From a bacterium (GTDB taxonomy: Bacteria > UBA8248): a DNA stretch of 64,000 nucleotides. Under the pieces are notes generated by a model. That model searched no databases. It was not told the DNA's origin and saw only the letters and a program-made list of their open reading frames with translations. Of the stretch, positions 51,196-60,910 are shown in pieces (position 1 is the stretch's first letter; each line of letters opens with the position of its first letter). The position numbers were made by a program, and so were the translations under genes. Location of the stretch: the NCBI GenBank assembly GCA_965261085.1, contig OZ253442.1, positions 1,568,001 to 1,632,000 on the forward strand, in the 5' to 3' direction.

Positions 51196-51634
51196 AGACG
51201 CTTCCAAAATTACCGGGGAGAACACACAGGTTCTCCCCTATAGATCGTTTCCCACCAAGGAGGGCAATCCCCCCTCATCGCCTGCAATCCCTCCCCCTCA
51301 CCCAAAAGGCCGCGCCGCGCAGCCTGCGAATCCATGGAGGGTTCACGCCCGCATTTTCCTGGATATATCCGGGCGACAAACCAAAAGCGAGCCGCGAGGA
51401 TCAATTCCAACCGGGAAGGGGTTGTTGAATAACCCCCTCAAGGGAAAAATGCCTGCGGCGCATTCGCCGCCCTGGCGCGTAATACCTCCCTCGTCCCGAA
51501 CAAGTCCGTCGAACCGCGACGACACTCACCCCTCATCCCGAGTAGGCGCGCTTGCGCGCCGTATCGAGGGAGAGCCGGGGCGCATCGGGAGCGCGTCGAA
51601 GGGGAGCGCCCTTCGATACAAACGCTCCTTTTTC

Positions 51635-53156
51635 GGGGTTGTTGAATAACCCGGTTTCGGGAGCGGGCGGTATGGAGGGTCACGCGGCGGCGGACAGGAA
51701 GCCCACGCAGCTTGCGAGGCCGCGATGGACGCACAGAGGCTCTTCCCGGGCCGACCAGGCCCTCCAGAGGGCGAATAACCTTGCAGCAAGTGCGGCGGAG
51801 AGCCGCTTGAGGTTGATCGCCGCCGCCGTCAGGTAGGACTGTATCTTCATGTTCTCAAGACCGCGCCGCACCGCGCGCGCAAGCCCGTGCCAGGTCTTCG
51901 CCTCGCCGTGGTAGCCCTCCGAGCGCCACATATGACGCCGGTACATCCGCCGCTCCTCCTCCCTCCATCGCGCATGGCGCCGGCGCGCGCGCAACAGCGC
52001 CGGATACGCATGCGGAACCAACACCACCTTGCTCGACCACGCCTTCGGCAGGCAATCCTCGCGAAGCGCGCAGCCCGCGCAATCACGGGTCTTCGAACGA
52101 TAATAACGCCCCCCCTTTGCGGGCCGACGGGGGCTCAGTATCTTGCCGCGCGGACACTTCACGATGTCGTGCCGCGCGTCGTAGCGGAACAGGCGCAACG
52201 GAACACGGCTCTGCGAGGGTTCCCTCTTCGCCGGAATGAGCGCGGCCACACCCCGGCGCTCCAGGGCCGCGTAGACCTTCGAGTAGGCGTAGCCAGAGTC
52301 CGCCGTCACCATCGCGGGCGCGCGCCCCGATACCTCGCATACCGCTTCCACCTGCGATTCGAGCACCTCACGCTCGTTCACCGTACCCTCCGTCACCGAT
52401 ACGTCGAGCACCACCCCGCGCGTGTCGTCCACCACAGCGTGCTGCTTGTAGCTCGGCTCGAATCCCCCGCCCGTTCTCGCCAGCCGCGCGTCCGGGTCCG
52501 TCCGGCTCACCTTCCCGGAACCCCCGCCACGGCGGCCTCCTCCACCCTTCTTCCCGGCCTCCTCCTCGACGGGGTTCTCCGCTATCACCTCGTCCACGTG
52601 ACGCTCCACCAGACTCTCCCAACTCACGTCCGCGCGGATCAATGAGGCGTCCACGTGCACGACTTCGGCCTTGGCCACCTTCGCATCCAGGCACGCACGG
52701 ACCGTGCGGCGGAATATCTCCCGGAACCGGGCCTCCCCCCAGCGCTGCCGTATCCGCGTCAGGCTCGAATGATCCGGCAGCCGATCCTCCAGCCCGTAAC
52801 CGATGAACCACCGGATCGCGATGTTCACCTGCGCCTCGCGCATCAACCGACGGTCGTGCACGAACCCCAGCAGAAGGCCCGCCAACATCAACCGAACCGC
52901 CACTTCGGGGTCGATCCCAGGACGGCCGTTGTCCGCGCAATAACAATCCGCCACTTCCTCGCGCAGCCAACTCAGGTCCAGAACGCGGTTCACGCGGGCC
53001 AATATGTGATCCTCGGGAATCAACCTCTCCAGCGAACCGGTGATGAACAAATCCATCTGGGCGCGGTTCTTGCGTCCCAACATCGCGGATATTCCCTTCT
53101 CGGGCGCGTAATATCCATACATCCAAGCATAGAGTCAGGGGTTTTTCAACAACCCC
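51635..53156 (-). mobile_element. IS1182-family insertion sequence (1522 bp)
   Basis: TIRs GGGGTTGTTGAATAACCC and GGGTTTTTCAACAACCCC (17/18 match); 5-bp TTTTC target duplication. Confidence 0.92.
51680..53083 (-). CDS. IS1182-family DDE transposase
   Basis: IPEDHIL, GRPGIDP, PDHSSL, VDASLIRA, TDPDA, ADSGY and HGLARA..RG. Confidence 0.93.
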   Translation of the reverse strand: MLGRKNRAQMDLFITGSLERLIPEDHILARVNRVLDLSWLREEVADCYCADNGRPGIDPEVAVRLMLAGLLLGFVHDRRLMREAQVNIAIRWFIGYGLEDRLPDHSSLTRIRQRWGEARFREIFRRTVRACLDAKVAKAEVVHVDASLIRADVSWESLVERHVDEVIAENPVEEEAGKKGGGGRRGGGSGKVSRTDPDARLARTGGGFEPSYKQHAVVDDTRGVVLDVSVTEGTVNEREVLESQVEAVCEVSGRAPAMVTADSGYAYSKVYAALERRGVAALIPAKREPSQSRVPLRLFRYDARHDIVKCPRGKILSPRRPAKGGRYYRSKTRDCAGCALREDCLPKAWSSKVVLVPHAYPALLRARRRHARWREEERRMYRRHMWRSEGYHGEAKTWHGLARAVRRGLENMKIQSYLTAAAINLKRLSAALAARLFALWRAWSAREEPLCVHRGLASCVGFLSAAA

Positions 53157-53189
53157 TTTTCAGTCGCGTTTGACCTTCGGCGGCTACTC

Positions 53190-53266
53190 AGGGTGAGGTC
53201 GATACGGTGGCCATGAGGGTGAGGTCGATACGGTGGCCATGAGGGTGAGGTCGATACGGTGGCCAT
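53190..53266. repeat. 26-bp tandem repeat, 3 copies
   Basis: AGGGTGAGGTCGATACGGTGGCCATG repeated three times with no spacers (last copy 25/26). Confidence 0.9.
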
Positions 53267-53768
53267 ACAAGACGAGGGGAGCGGGCGGTATGGCGGTTCA
53301 CGCGGAAGTTGTTCAGGCAGAGCTTTCGTTTGTCGAGAGGCGTGATGTTCGGTGGCCTCTTCCCCCCGAGACGCGCTCATGCGGGGCGCCGGAGGTGCGT
53401 TTGCTGTTCGAGCGCGAGCGGATGTCGCTGCCGCCCGCGGCGGAGCCCGGTTCGGTCGGCCTGGAGCTCGCACTGCGCCTGCCGGCGCTGCCCCACAGCG
53501 GAATCCATCCAAAATACACGATAACAACACGATATTTCCGCAAATATTCACACTAAGTTCACGAATTTTGTGCTTAAATGGGTTCATGGTTATTTGCAGC
53601 GCTTTGGAGAGCGACCTTGGGGCGGTTCCTGGGTTTGGGCGGTCCACGGGGAGTTTTTGGTGCGCGTGAGCGTTTTGGGGGATTTTCGGGATCCCTCTCT
53701 GAAGAGAACCGAGTTGTGTCCGCCGGGGCGCCCATTGCCCCGGATTCACTTTAGAGAGGAGACATGCC

Positions 53769-53924
53769 GTGCCTGACGATTATTCGGCCACGACGCAGAC
53801 CAGCGGCGCGGTTGCGGTGGGCGGCCCGGCGACGGGCGAGATCGAGACCGGGGGCGACCGCGACTGGTTCGCGGTGACCCTATTTCGGAAACAGCGAGTG
53901 AAACTTGCGGTGGCGTGTATCTGA
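53769..53924 (+). pseudogene. 5' remnant of a secreted PPC-like repeat protein
   Basis: AGGAG RBS plus GTG; VPDDYSATTQTSGAVAVGGPATGEIETGGDRDWFAVTL, then the similarity ends abruptly. Confidence 0.65.
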
Positions 53925-53992
53925 AACCCACTCGATAGGGGATGAGAAATTCCTCCGAGTTGCGGAATCAGCCGGCGGGAGGTGATTTTCAG

Positions 53993-56212
53993 ATGGTTGC
54001 GAGGACGGGGGGCCGAGACGGCGAAAAGGAGATCCGGGCGGTTCTCTCGGAAAGCCGCTGGCTCTTGATTTCGTGCGGTTTTTTCAGTGTGGTGGTGAAC
54101 CTGTTGATGCTCACGGGTCCGCTGTTCATGCTGCAGGTCTACGACCGGGTGCTGGGCTCGCGTTCGATAGCGACCTTGGTGGCGCTGGTCGTCATCGTGG
54201 CGTTTCTGTTTTTGATAATGGGCGTACTCGACCACGCGCGCGGGAGGGTTCTCGCCCGCGTGGGCGCGCGGCTGCAGGCGCGGCTCGATTCGCGCGTGCT
54301 CAGGGCCATCCTCTCCCGCTCGGTCTCTCCCGCAGAACGCGCGCGCCCGGCGACGGGTCTTCGCGACTTGGAGGCGATCCAGCGTTTCGCCTCGGGTTCG
54401 GGGCCTTTCGGCTTCTTCGACGCGCCGTGGACGCCGGTGTTCCTGTTCGTGCTCTTCTCGTTCCACTGGATGCTCGGGTTGCTGGCGGTTTTCTCGGGTT
54501 GCCTGCTCGGCGGAATCGCCCTTCTTAATCAGGCGGGAACGTCGAGCATCCAGATGGAGGTCGGGCAGGCGAGCGCCAGTTCCGCCACCTTCATCGAGTA
54601 GATGCGCGCGGGCGGCGAAACCGTGCAGGGTCTCGGTATGCAGAACGCCATCGTGACGCGCTCGGCCAAATTGCGCGACATTGTGCTTGACAGGACGCTG
54701 GCGGCCTCGGACAGAAACGGCTTCTACAGCGTGCTCTCGAAAACGCTGCGCCTGTTCCTCCAGTCGATGATGCTCGGGCTCGGGGCCTTGCTCGTGATTT
54801 ATGGGGAACTGACGCCGGGCTTGATGATCGCGGGCTCGATCCTCCTGGGCCGGGCGCTCGCTCCCATCGATCAGGCGGTGGGCCACTGGCCGACGCTTCA
54901 GCGCGCGATTGCCGCGTGGCGCTCGCTCGCCGCCCTTCTGGACGATATACCGCCCGCCATCGACCGCACCAAGCTGCCCGCTCCACGCGCGATCCTCGAG
55001 GCGGAGGGCCTCATGGTCGCCGCCCCGGGAGCGAAGGTGGCGGCAGTGCGCGGCGCGTCGCTTCGTCTCGAGCCCGGACAGGCGGCGGGAATCGCGGGGC
55101 GCTCCGCCGCGGGCAAGTCCACTTTCGCGCGCGCGCTCGCCGGGGTGTGGCGGCCGATTGCGGGCTCGGTGCGACTCGACGGAGCGGAACTCGATCAATA
55201 CGGCGATGACATGGGGAAATACGTCGGCTATCTGCCCCAGGAGGTCATCCTGTTCGACGGGACCGTGGCGGAGAACATCGCCCGTTTCTCGCTCGAGGCG
55301 AAAGACGAGGACATCGTCGATGCCGCGAAGCGCACCGGGGCGCACGAGATGATACTCGAACTCCCGGGCGGGTACGATTTCCAGGTGTCCGCGGGCGGCG
55401 CCGCCCTCTCCGGCGGGCAGCGCCAGCGCATCGCGCTGGCCCGGGCGTTCTACGGCTCGCCCGTGGTGGTGGTGATGGACGAGCCCGACTCCAACCTCGA
55501 CGCCGAGGGCACCATGGCGCTCGCGAGCGCGGTGGAAGGTCAGAAAAAACGCGGCGGCACGGTGCTCATCGTGGCGCATCGCCACGGCGCGTTTGCGCAA
55601 TGCGACACGGTGTACGTGATGGAGAACGGACGTCCCGTCCCGGCGACGGGAGGGCAAGGCGGCGCGCAGCAAAGGGCCCAGGGTCGGGGCGCTCCCGAGG
55701 CAGCGGCCGGTCGTCAACCGCCGCGCAGCGGCGGGAGACGTGGCCAGGGAGGAGGACAGCCCGCGCGCCAGGCTCCGCCTGCGCCTGGGCGTGAAGGAAC
55801 TCCGGCGCGCGCCGCGTCTGGCGGGGGAGAAGATCCGAGTCCGCCCGCGCCCCCGGCGCGTGGGCGCGATGAGCAAATCGCCGGCGCCATCGAGCGAGTG
55901 AGGAGTTCGCCACCTCCCGGAACAGATGAGAATCAAACAGTAACTCCGCCTCCTGCGCCGCAGGGAAGTGCACAGGCGCGTCGGCCTGCGGGTGATGGGG
56001 GGCGAGCCGCTGCTCCCGCGTCTGCTGCTAGCGGACAAGCCTCTGAATCCAGGGGTGGCCGCGATGCGCAAATCGCCGCCGCCGTTGAGCGGGTGAGCGA
56101 TTCGGCTCCGGTTCCAGGCGCGAATGACAATGAAGAAACGGGCGCGCCCCCCGCGCCCGAGAGGGGTGAGGCCAGTTCCGGGAATCGCGCGAAACGAGGT
56201 GATGCGTCATGA
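53993..56212 (+). pseudogene. Type I secretion ABC permease/ATPase (PrtD/AprD-like) with in-frame TAG at 54599-54601
   Basis: MLQVYDRVL, FDAPW, GRSAAGKST, GYLPQ, LSGGQRQR and MDEPDSNLD; both halves are in the same frame. Confidence 0.85.
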
Positions 56213-57645
56213 ACGAGAGACGATTTTCGGCCCGCAAGGCGCTCTACATGGGGTTCATGACGATGTTGGTGATGGGAGGCGGACTCCTCGGCTGGAGCGT
56301 TTTCGCCTCCCTCTCGGGCGCCGTGATCGCTTCCGGACGCCTCGGGGTCAAGAACCGCAACCAGGTGGTCGAACACATCGACGGCGGCACGGTGAGCCGG
56401 ATTTTCGTGCGAGACGGCGATTCCGTAAAGAAAAACGACGTACTGCTTCGCTTCGACGTCTCGCTTCTGCGCTCCGAGGAGGCGATCTTCGCGTCGGAAT
56501 ACGCCGAACTCGTGGCCCGGCGCAACCGCCTGGAGGCCGAACTCGAGGGTGCGGACACAATTGTGTGGGAGGAAGATATCGCCGCGCTCTCGGGGAGCGA
56601 CTTGCGGGTGCGGAGCATACTCGACGGTCATGAGAGGCTCTTCCGCGCGCGGTTGGCCTCGCGCAACGGCGAGGTGGCTCAGCTTCGCGAGCGTATCGGC
56701 CAGGCGCGCAAGGAAATTAATGGACTCGAAGCGCGGGCCGTCTCGCTTGTGGAGCAAAGAGAACTCATCTTCCGCCAGCTCAAGGCGTATCGCGAATTGT
56801 TCGACAAGGGGCTGACCTCGCTCGACAGGCTTCTCGCACTCGAGCGTGCGGCGAAAAACATCGAGGGCCTGGTGGGAACGAACGCCGCCTCCATCGCCGG
56901 GGCTTGGGGCCGCATCTCGGAGTTGGAGATTCAGATACTCCGGGTCGACGCGCGGCGGATCGAGGAGGCGGAGCAGTTGGTCCACGAGGCGAAGTCCCGG
57001 GAGAACCAGATTCACGAACGCCTCGCAATGGTGCGCGAGCGTCTCAGTCACATGGAGGTCCGCGCGCCGGTTTCAGGCAGGGTGTTCGGCATGAAGGTGG
57101 TCGCTCCGCGCGAGGTCGTGCGTCCGGGCGAGCCGATCCTCTACGTCGTGCCGGAGGATTCGGGCCTGGTGGTGATGGCGCGCCTCAATCCGATTCACGT
57201 GGATCAGGTATATATGGGACAGGAGGCGCGGCTTCGGTTTTCCTCCTTTCCCGCGCGCGTGACGCCGGAATTCCCCGGATATGTGATTCGCGTGTCGGCG
57301 GATGCGGTCACCGACCTGAACAGCGGCCTGTCGTGGTACGAAATCGATCTCGCCATGGGCAAGCCCGATTCGAACGGGACGGTCGCTCCGGCCGCGAAAA
57401 CAGACGATTCGCCCGGCTCGTTCATGGACTTTCTCCGCTGGTTGACGGGAACCGGGCCCGAGGAGCCCGGCGATTCGCTTGAAACGATGAAAGAGCAGCG
57501 GGGGTCGGACGCGTTGCTCCGTGAACTGGCCCTCACGCCCGGTATGCCGGTGGAGGTGCACATACAGACCGGGGAACGCTCGCTGATAAGTTATCTCGCC
57601 AAGCCGCTCACGGACTTTTACAGCCGGTCCATGAGAGAGGAATAG
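56209..57645 (+). CDS. HlyD/PrtE-family T1SS periplasmic adaptor
   Basis: VEHIDGGTV, VRAPVSG and PGMPVEVHIQTGERSLISYLAKPL. Confidence 0.92.
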   Translation: MNERRFSARKALYMGFMTMLVMGGGLLGWSVFASLSGAVIASGRLGVKNRNQVVEHIDGGTVSRIFVRDGDSVKKNDVLLRFDVSLLRSEEAIFASEYAELVARRNRLEAELEGADTIVWEEDIAALSGSDLRVRSILDGHERLFRARLASRNGEVAQLRERIGQARKEINGLEARAVSLVEQRELIFRQLKAYRELFDKGLTSLDRLLALERAAKNIEGLVGTNAASIAGAWGRISELEIQILRVDARRIEEAEQLVHEAKSRENQIHERLAMVRERLSHMEVRAPVSGRVFGMKVVAPREVVRPGEPILYVVPEDSGLVVMARLNPIHVDQVYMGQEARLRFSSFPARVTPEFPGYVIRVSADAVTDLNSGLSWYEIDLAMGKPDSNGTVAPAAKTDDSPGSFMDFLRWLTGTGPEEPGDSLETMKEQRGSDALLRELALTPGMPVEVHIQTGERSLISYLAKPLTDFYSRSMREE

Positions 57646-57677
57646 GCTGCGCGCCTCTTTCGCGGGGAGAAGACATC

Positions 57678-58145
57678 TTGGAAGAAGATACCCTTGAAAT
57701 CTCGCTCGTCAACGATCTGAGGGAAATAGCCGGAGTCGCCACGCAGATCGATGAATTCTGCGCGGAGAGGAACTACGCTCCGCAAATCGGTTATTCGGTC
57801 AATCTCTCAATCGAGGAGATCCTCACCAACAGGATCAGCTTCGGGTATGAGGATGACGAACCCCACCGCATCGAGGTCATCCTGCGCGTGGAGGGAAAAG
57901 AACTCGTCGTCGTGTTTGTGGATAACAGCGCGCCGTTCGATCTCTCCTCCGTGGCGGAAACCGATATCGGGGGCGAGGCTCTTGAAGACGACCCTTTGGC
58001 CGGACTGGGCCTTTTCCTCGTGAATCAGATGATGGACAGCGTCGAGTATCGGCGGGAGAGCGGATGCAACGTCCTCATCATGACGAAGGAGACGCATGAG
58101 GCCCTCGAGGCGGAAGCGGACGTCGTGCCGGACCCGGAATCCTGA
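57678..58145 (+). CDS. RsbW-like anti-sigma factor / HATPase_c_2 protein
   Basis: EEILTN, DNSAPFD and GLGLFLVNQMMDSVEY; TTG start with GGAG RBS. Confidence 0.85.
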   Translation: MEEDTLEISLVNDLREIAGVATQIDEFCAERNYAPQIGYSVNLSIEEILTNRISFGYEDDEPHRIEVILRVEGKELVVVFVDNSAPFDLSSVAETDIGGEALEDDPLAGLGLFLVNQMMDSVEYRRESGCNVLIMTKETHEALEAEADVVPDPES

Positions 58146-58229
58146 CCCCGGAAGCGCATTCGCCTGTCACGCGCAAATTCCGCCGGAAAAATTTCCTCCC
58201 GTTTTTTGACTTTTGCTCGTGTCAATCAC

Positions 58230-60080
58230 TCAAAAGACGATCCGCAAAGCGAGCGAGAGGCGGTGGCTCCGGCGCGAGTCTTCCCCGAAGCGTCCGGAGT
58301 AGCCCACGAGGCCGCTCGCGCGCTCGCCGAGTTTCGCGCTCACGCCTAAGTCGGCGCTCACGGTGCTGCTCGAAGGGGTGAAGCCCGGGATGCTGAATCG
58401 CCCCGGCATGGTGTTCGAACCCGCCGATACGAGAATGGGGTCATCCTCGAGTTCGTGCTCATAGGCGATGCGGGCGTAGGGGCGGAGCCCGCCGATGCTC
58501 CAGGCGAAGCGATAGCCGCCGCGCGCGATGAGGGAGTTGCGCGAGAAGTCCGAGAAATTCATCGCGGTCGAGGAGTTTCCACTCTCCCGAAAGCCCTTGA
58601 CCTCCTGGTTGAGCAGCGAGAGACCGAAAAACGGCCCATGCCGCAGGCTCTCGGAGGCGCCCAATGTCCACCCCAAATCGAATTCGCCCCCGAACTGGGC
58701 GGCTTCGGTGGAGCCGCGCTCGGTGCGCGTGAACGCTCCGAGGGTGACCGGGCGCTCGACGTCCACAGAGGTCTGCCCCAGGGTAAGGGAGACGCTCACT
58801 TCGAGGCCGCCGCTGCGCCACGCGCCGTGCAGCGAGCCGAGCGCCACGTCGCTGTCCAGGTTCGCGCCCGAGAGTTCGTTCTCGTGGCGGGCGATGCTCA
58901 GCGCGGCGCCCCAGGAGAGGTCCGGCCCGGCGCGGTGGCCGGCGCCCAGGGTGATGACCGTCATGTCGGATTCGATATCCCCGAGACGCGCGAAAGCGCC
59001 CAAATCGCTCCCGCCGAACTGACCCCTCGCATAGCCGCGCCAACTCCCGACGGGCAGCGCGAAGTCGGCGGCCCGCTCCGCAGAAATGACGCCGTCGTGA
59101 GCCACCGCCGCCTCGGCGCCCGCCTCCCCTGCGAGCGAAACCTGCAGCGGAGCCGCGAGCGTGGAGGTCACCAGGCTTGCGAGCATCGCGTGGACGGCGC
59201 CGCTCGGGTGGCTGCGATCCGCGAACAGATAGGTATTGTTGGTATCGGGCGCATAGGTTACGGGAAAAGGAGAACCCGCAGGCCCGCATTGGATGGAGAG
59301 TGCGCTTCCCGCGTTCGGCGCCCCGCAGGCCGTCCCGGTGACGTTGGTAAGGCCGTATCTCCCGGGGTTTGCGGCGAGGGCGGTGAGCGCAACATTGATG
59401 TTGATGGGGACGACGCCCTCCTCATTCTCGCGAATGCCGGCGTAGAGTTTCTTGTTGTATTCGGTGACGAGCGCGGAGAGTCCCGCCTGGGCGGCGGGCC
59501 CCTGGGCGGCGGCGAAAGGCGCCAGAGAGGCGTCGGGCATGTTGAACACCACGACGTGGCGGGCGCCTGCTTCGCGGAGGCGGCGTATCTGCGCGGCGTT
59601 CACGTCCGCGGCCGCGAGAACGTGGCCCAGCGCGTTGAGCGGATCGCCTAGCGCGGAATCGGCGATGTCGTTCAGGCCGCCCCAGATGGTGTAGAGCGCA
59701 TTCGGGTCGAGGCGTCCGCCCCGCAAGGAAAGGTGTTGGCCTATCTGCTCCGTCACCGTCGGCACGTCGTCGAAGTCACAGGGCGTCGCCGGGTTCATGC
59801 ACGCCCCGCCGAAGGCGTAGTTCGGCCCGCGGGAGAGGGAGTTTTGCCCCGATGCGCCGAAGGCCCCTGCGATAATCTCGGCCCAGACGGGGTCGGGATT
59901 CGTGGTGAAGCTGGTGCCCGGGGGCAGCGGCAGTCCCGATGCCGCGGCCGCATTGCCGGAATCGCTCAGGCTGTCGCCGAACACGACGACGTTGCTGAAG
60001 CTCTGCGCCGAGGCGTTTCCGGCGAATCCCAGGGAGAGAATGAGAACAAGGACGCCGATAAGGCGAAGATGATGCGGCAT
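58230..60080 (-). CDS. GDSL esterase autotransporter (EstA/ApeE-like)
   Basis: Signal peptide, FGDSLSD, NYAFGG, GLND, DRSHP and a C-terminal beta-barrel ending in F. Confidence 0.9.
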   Translation of the reverse strand: MPHHLRLIGVLVLILSLGFAGNASAQSFSNVVVFGDSLSDSGNAAAASGLPLPPGTSFTTNPDPVWAEIIAGAFGASGQNSLSRGPNYAFGGACMNPATPCDFDDVPTVTEQIGQHLSLRGGRLDPNALYTIWGGLNDIADSALGDPLNALGHVLAAADVNAAQIRRLREAGARHVVVFNMPDASLAPFAAAQGPAAQAGLSALVTEYNKKLYAGIRENEEGVVPININVALTALAANPGRYGLTNVTGTACGAPNAGSALSIQCGPAGSPFPVTYAPDTNNTYLFADRSHPSGAVHAMLASLVTSTLAAPLQVSLAGEAGAEAAVAHDGVISAERAADFALPVGSWRGYARGQFGGSDLGAFARLGDIESDMTVITLGAGHRAGPDLSWGAALSIARHENELSGANLDSDVALGSLHGAWRSGGLEVSVSLTLGQTSVDVERPVTLGAFTRTERGSTEAAQFGGEFDLGWTLGASESLRHGPFFGLSLLNQEVKGFRESGNSSTAMNFSDFSRNSLIARGGYRFAWSIGGLRPYARIAYEHELEDDPILVSAGSNTMPGRFSIPGFTPSSSTVSADLGVSAKLGERASGLVGYSGRFGEDSRRSHRLSLALRIVF

Positions 60081-60332
60081 GTGAGCGACTCCTTTTTTTC
60101 GGAAGAGAACGAGTGTGGATATCGCGATATGATTCGCGTGTCGCATGAGAGCAACATAGCAAATTCGCGCCTTCGGAGGCAATGAAAAACCCGCGGCTCA
60201 CGGGTGTTTCTGCTCCGGGGGAGCTTTGTCCTGAAGCGTTTACGCGCGTTTGGGCCGGGGGGAATGAAACCGCCGCGAATAGTGGTATAATGCCGTCTCT
60301 ACTCTGACTACGTCTGAAAAATGGAGCGCGGC

Positions 60333-60596
60333 ATGGCGGATGGATTGTCCGGGTTCAGGGAGCGGATTGATGCGTGCGATGCGGAGATCATCCGCCTGCT
60401 CAACGCTCGGCTCAAAATCTGCCTCGAAGTCGGCGAATACAAGAGCGGACGGGGAATCGCCGTCAAGGACGAAGCCCGCGAGAGCGAAGTCATCGCCAAG
60501 GTTCTGGACGGCAACGAGGGTCCATGCCCGCCCGAGGACCTCGAGCGGATTTACCGCATTCTGATCGACACCGCCGTCCGCCTCGAGGAGGAATGA
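60333..60596 (+). CDS. Monofunctional chorismate mutase (AroQ type)
   Basis: RERIDACDAEIIRLLNAR, K...DEARE and IYRILI. Confidence 0.85.
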   Translation: MADGLSGFRERIDACDAEIIRLLNARLKICLEVGEYKSGRGIAVKDEARESEVIAKVLDGNEGPCPPEDLERIYRILIDTAVRLEEE

Positions 60597-60910
60597 TTTC
60601 ATACGGGCGGAGCGGAGCGAGGTGCTCAATCGTTTTTGCCGAGCCGTCACCGCCCCACGCAAAGTAGCTTGATACGGGCGGAGAAAAACGAGCGCCTGGC
60701 GCGTTTTCGCCGAGGGGAGCCGCGCGAGGGTGAGAATGGTTTCATGGGGACATCGGAGCGGTTCGCCGTATCCTCAGGAGAGCCGCTTGGAGAGCCCCGA
60801 TCCCGCCGGGAAGCATTTTTGAGCAAATACTGATACAATAAGTTACAAGTCGCTGGAACTTCCGCTACTCGCCCGAACCTTGAAATCATCGCCCCAGGGA
60901 GAATTCCCGC

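Noticed and set aside
53190-53266. Possible CRISPR array
   Set aside because: The repeats are directly adjacent with no spacers, and there are no cas genes in the window.
60600-60880. Possible structured RNA between chorismate mutase and rmuC
   Set aside because: No convincing promoter-terminator pair or recognisable motif.
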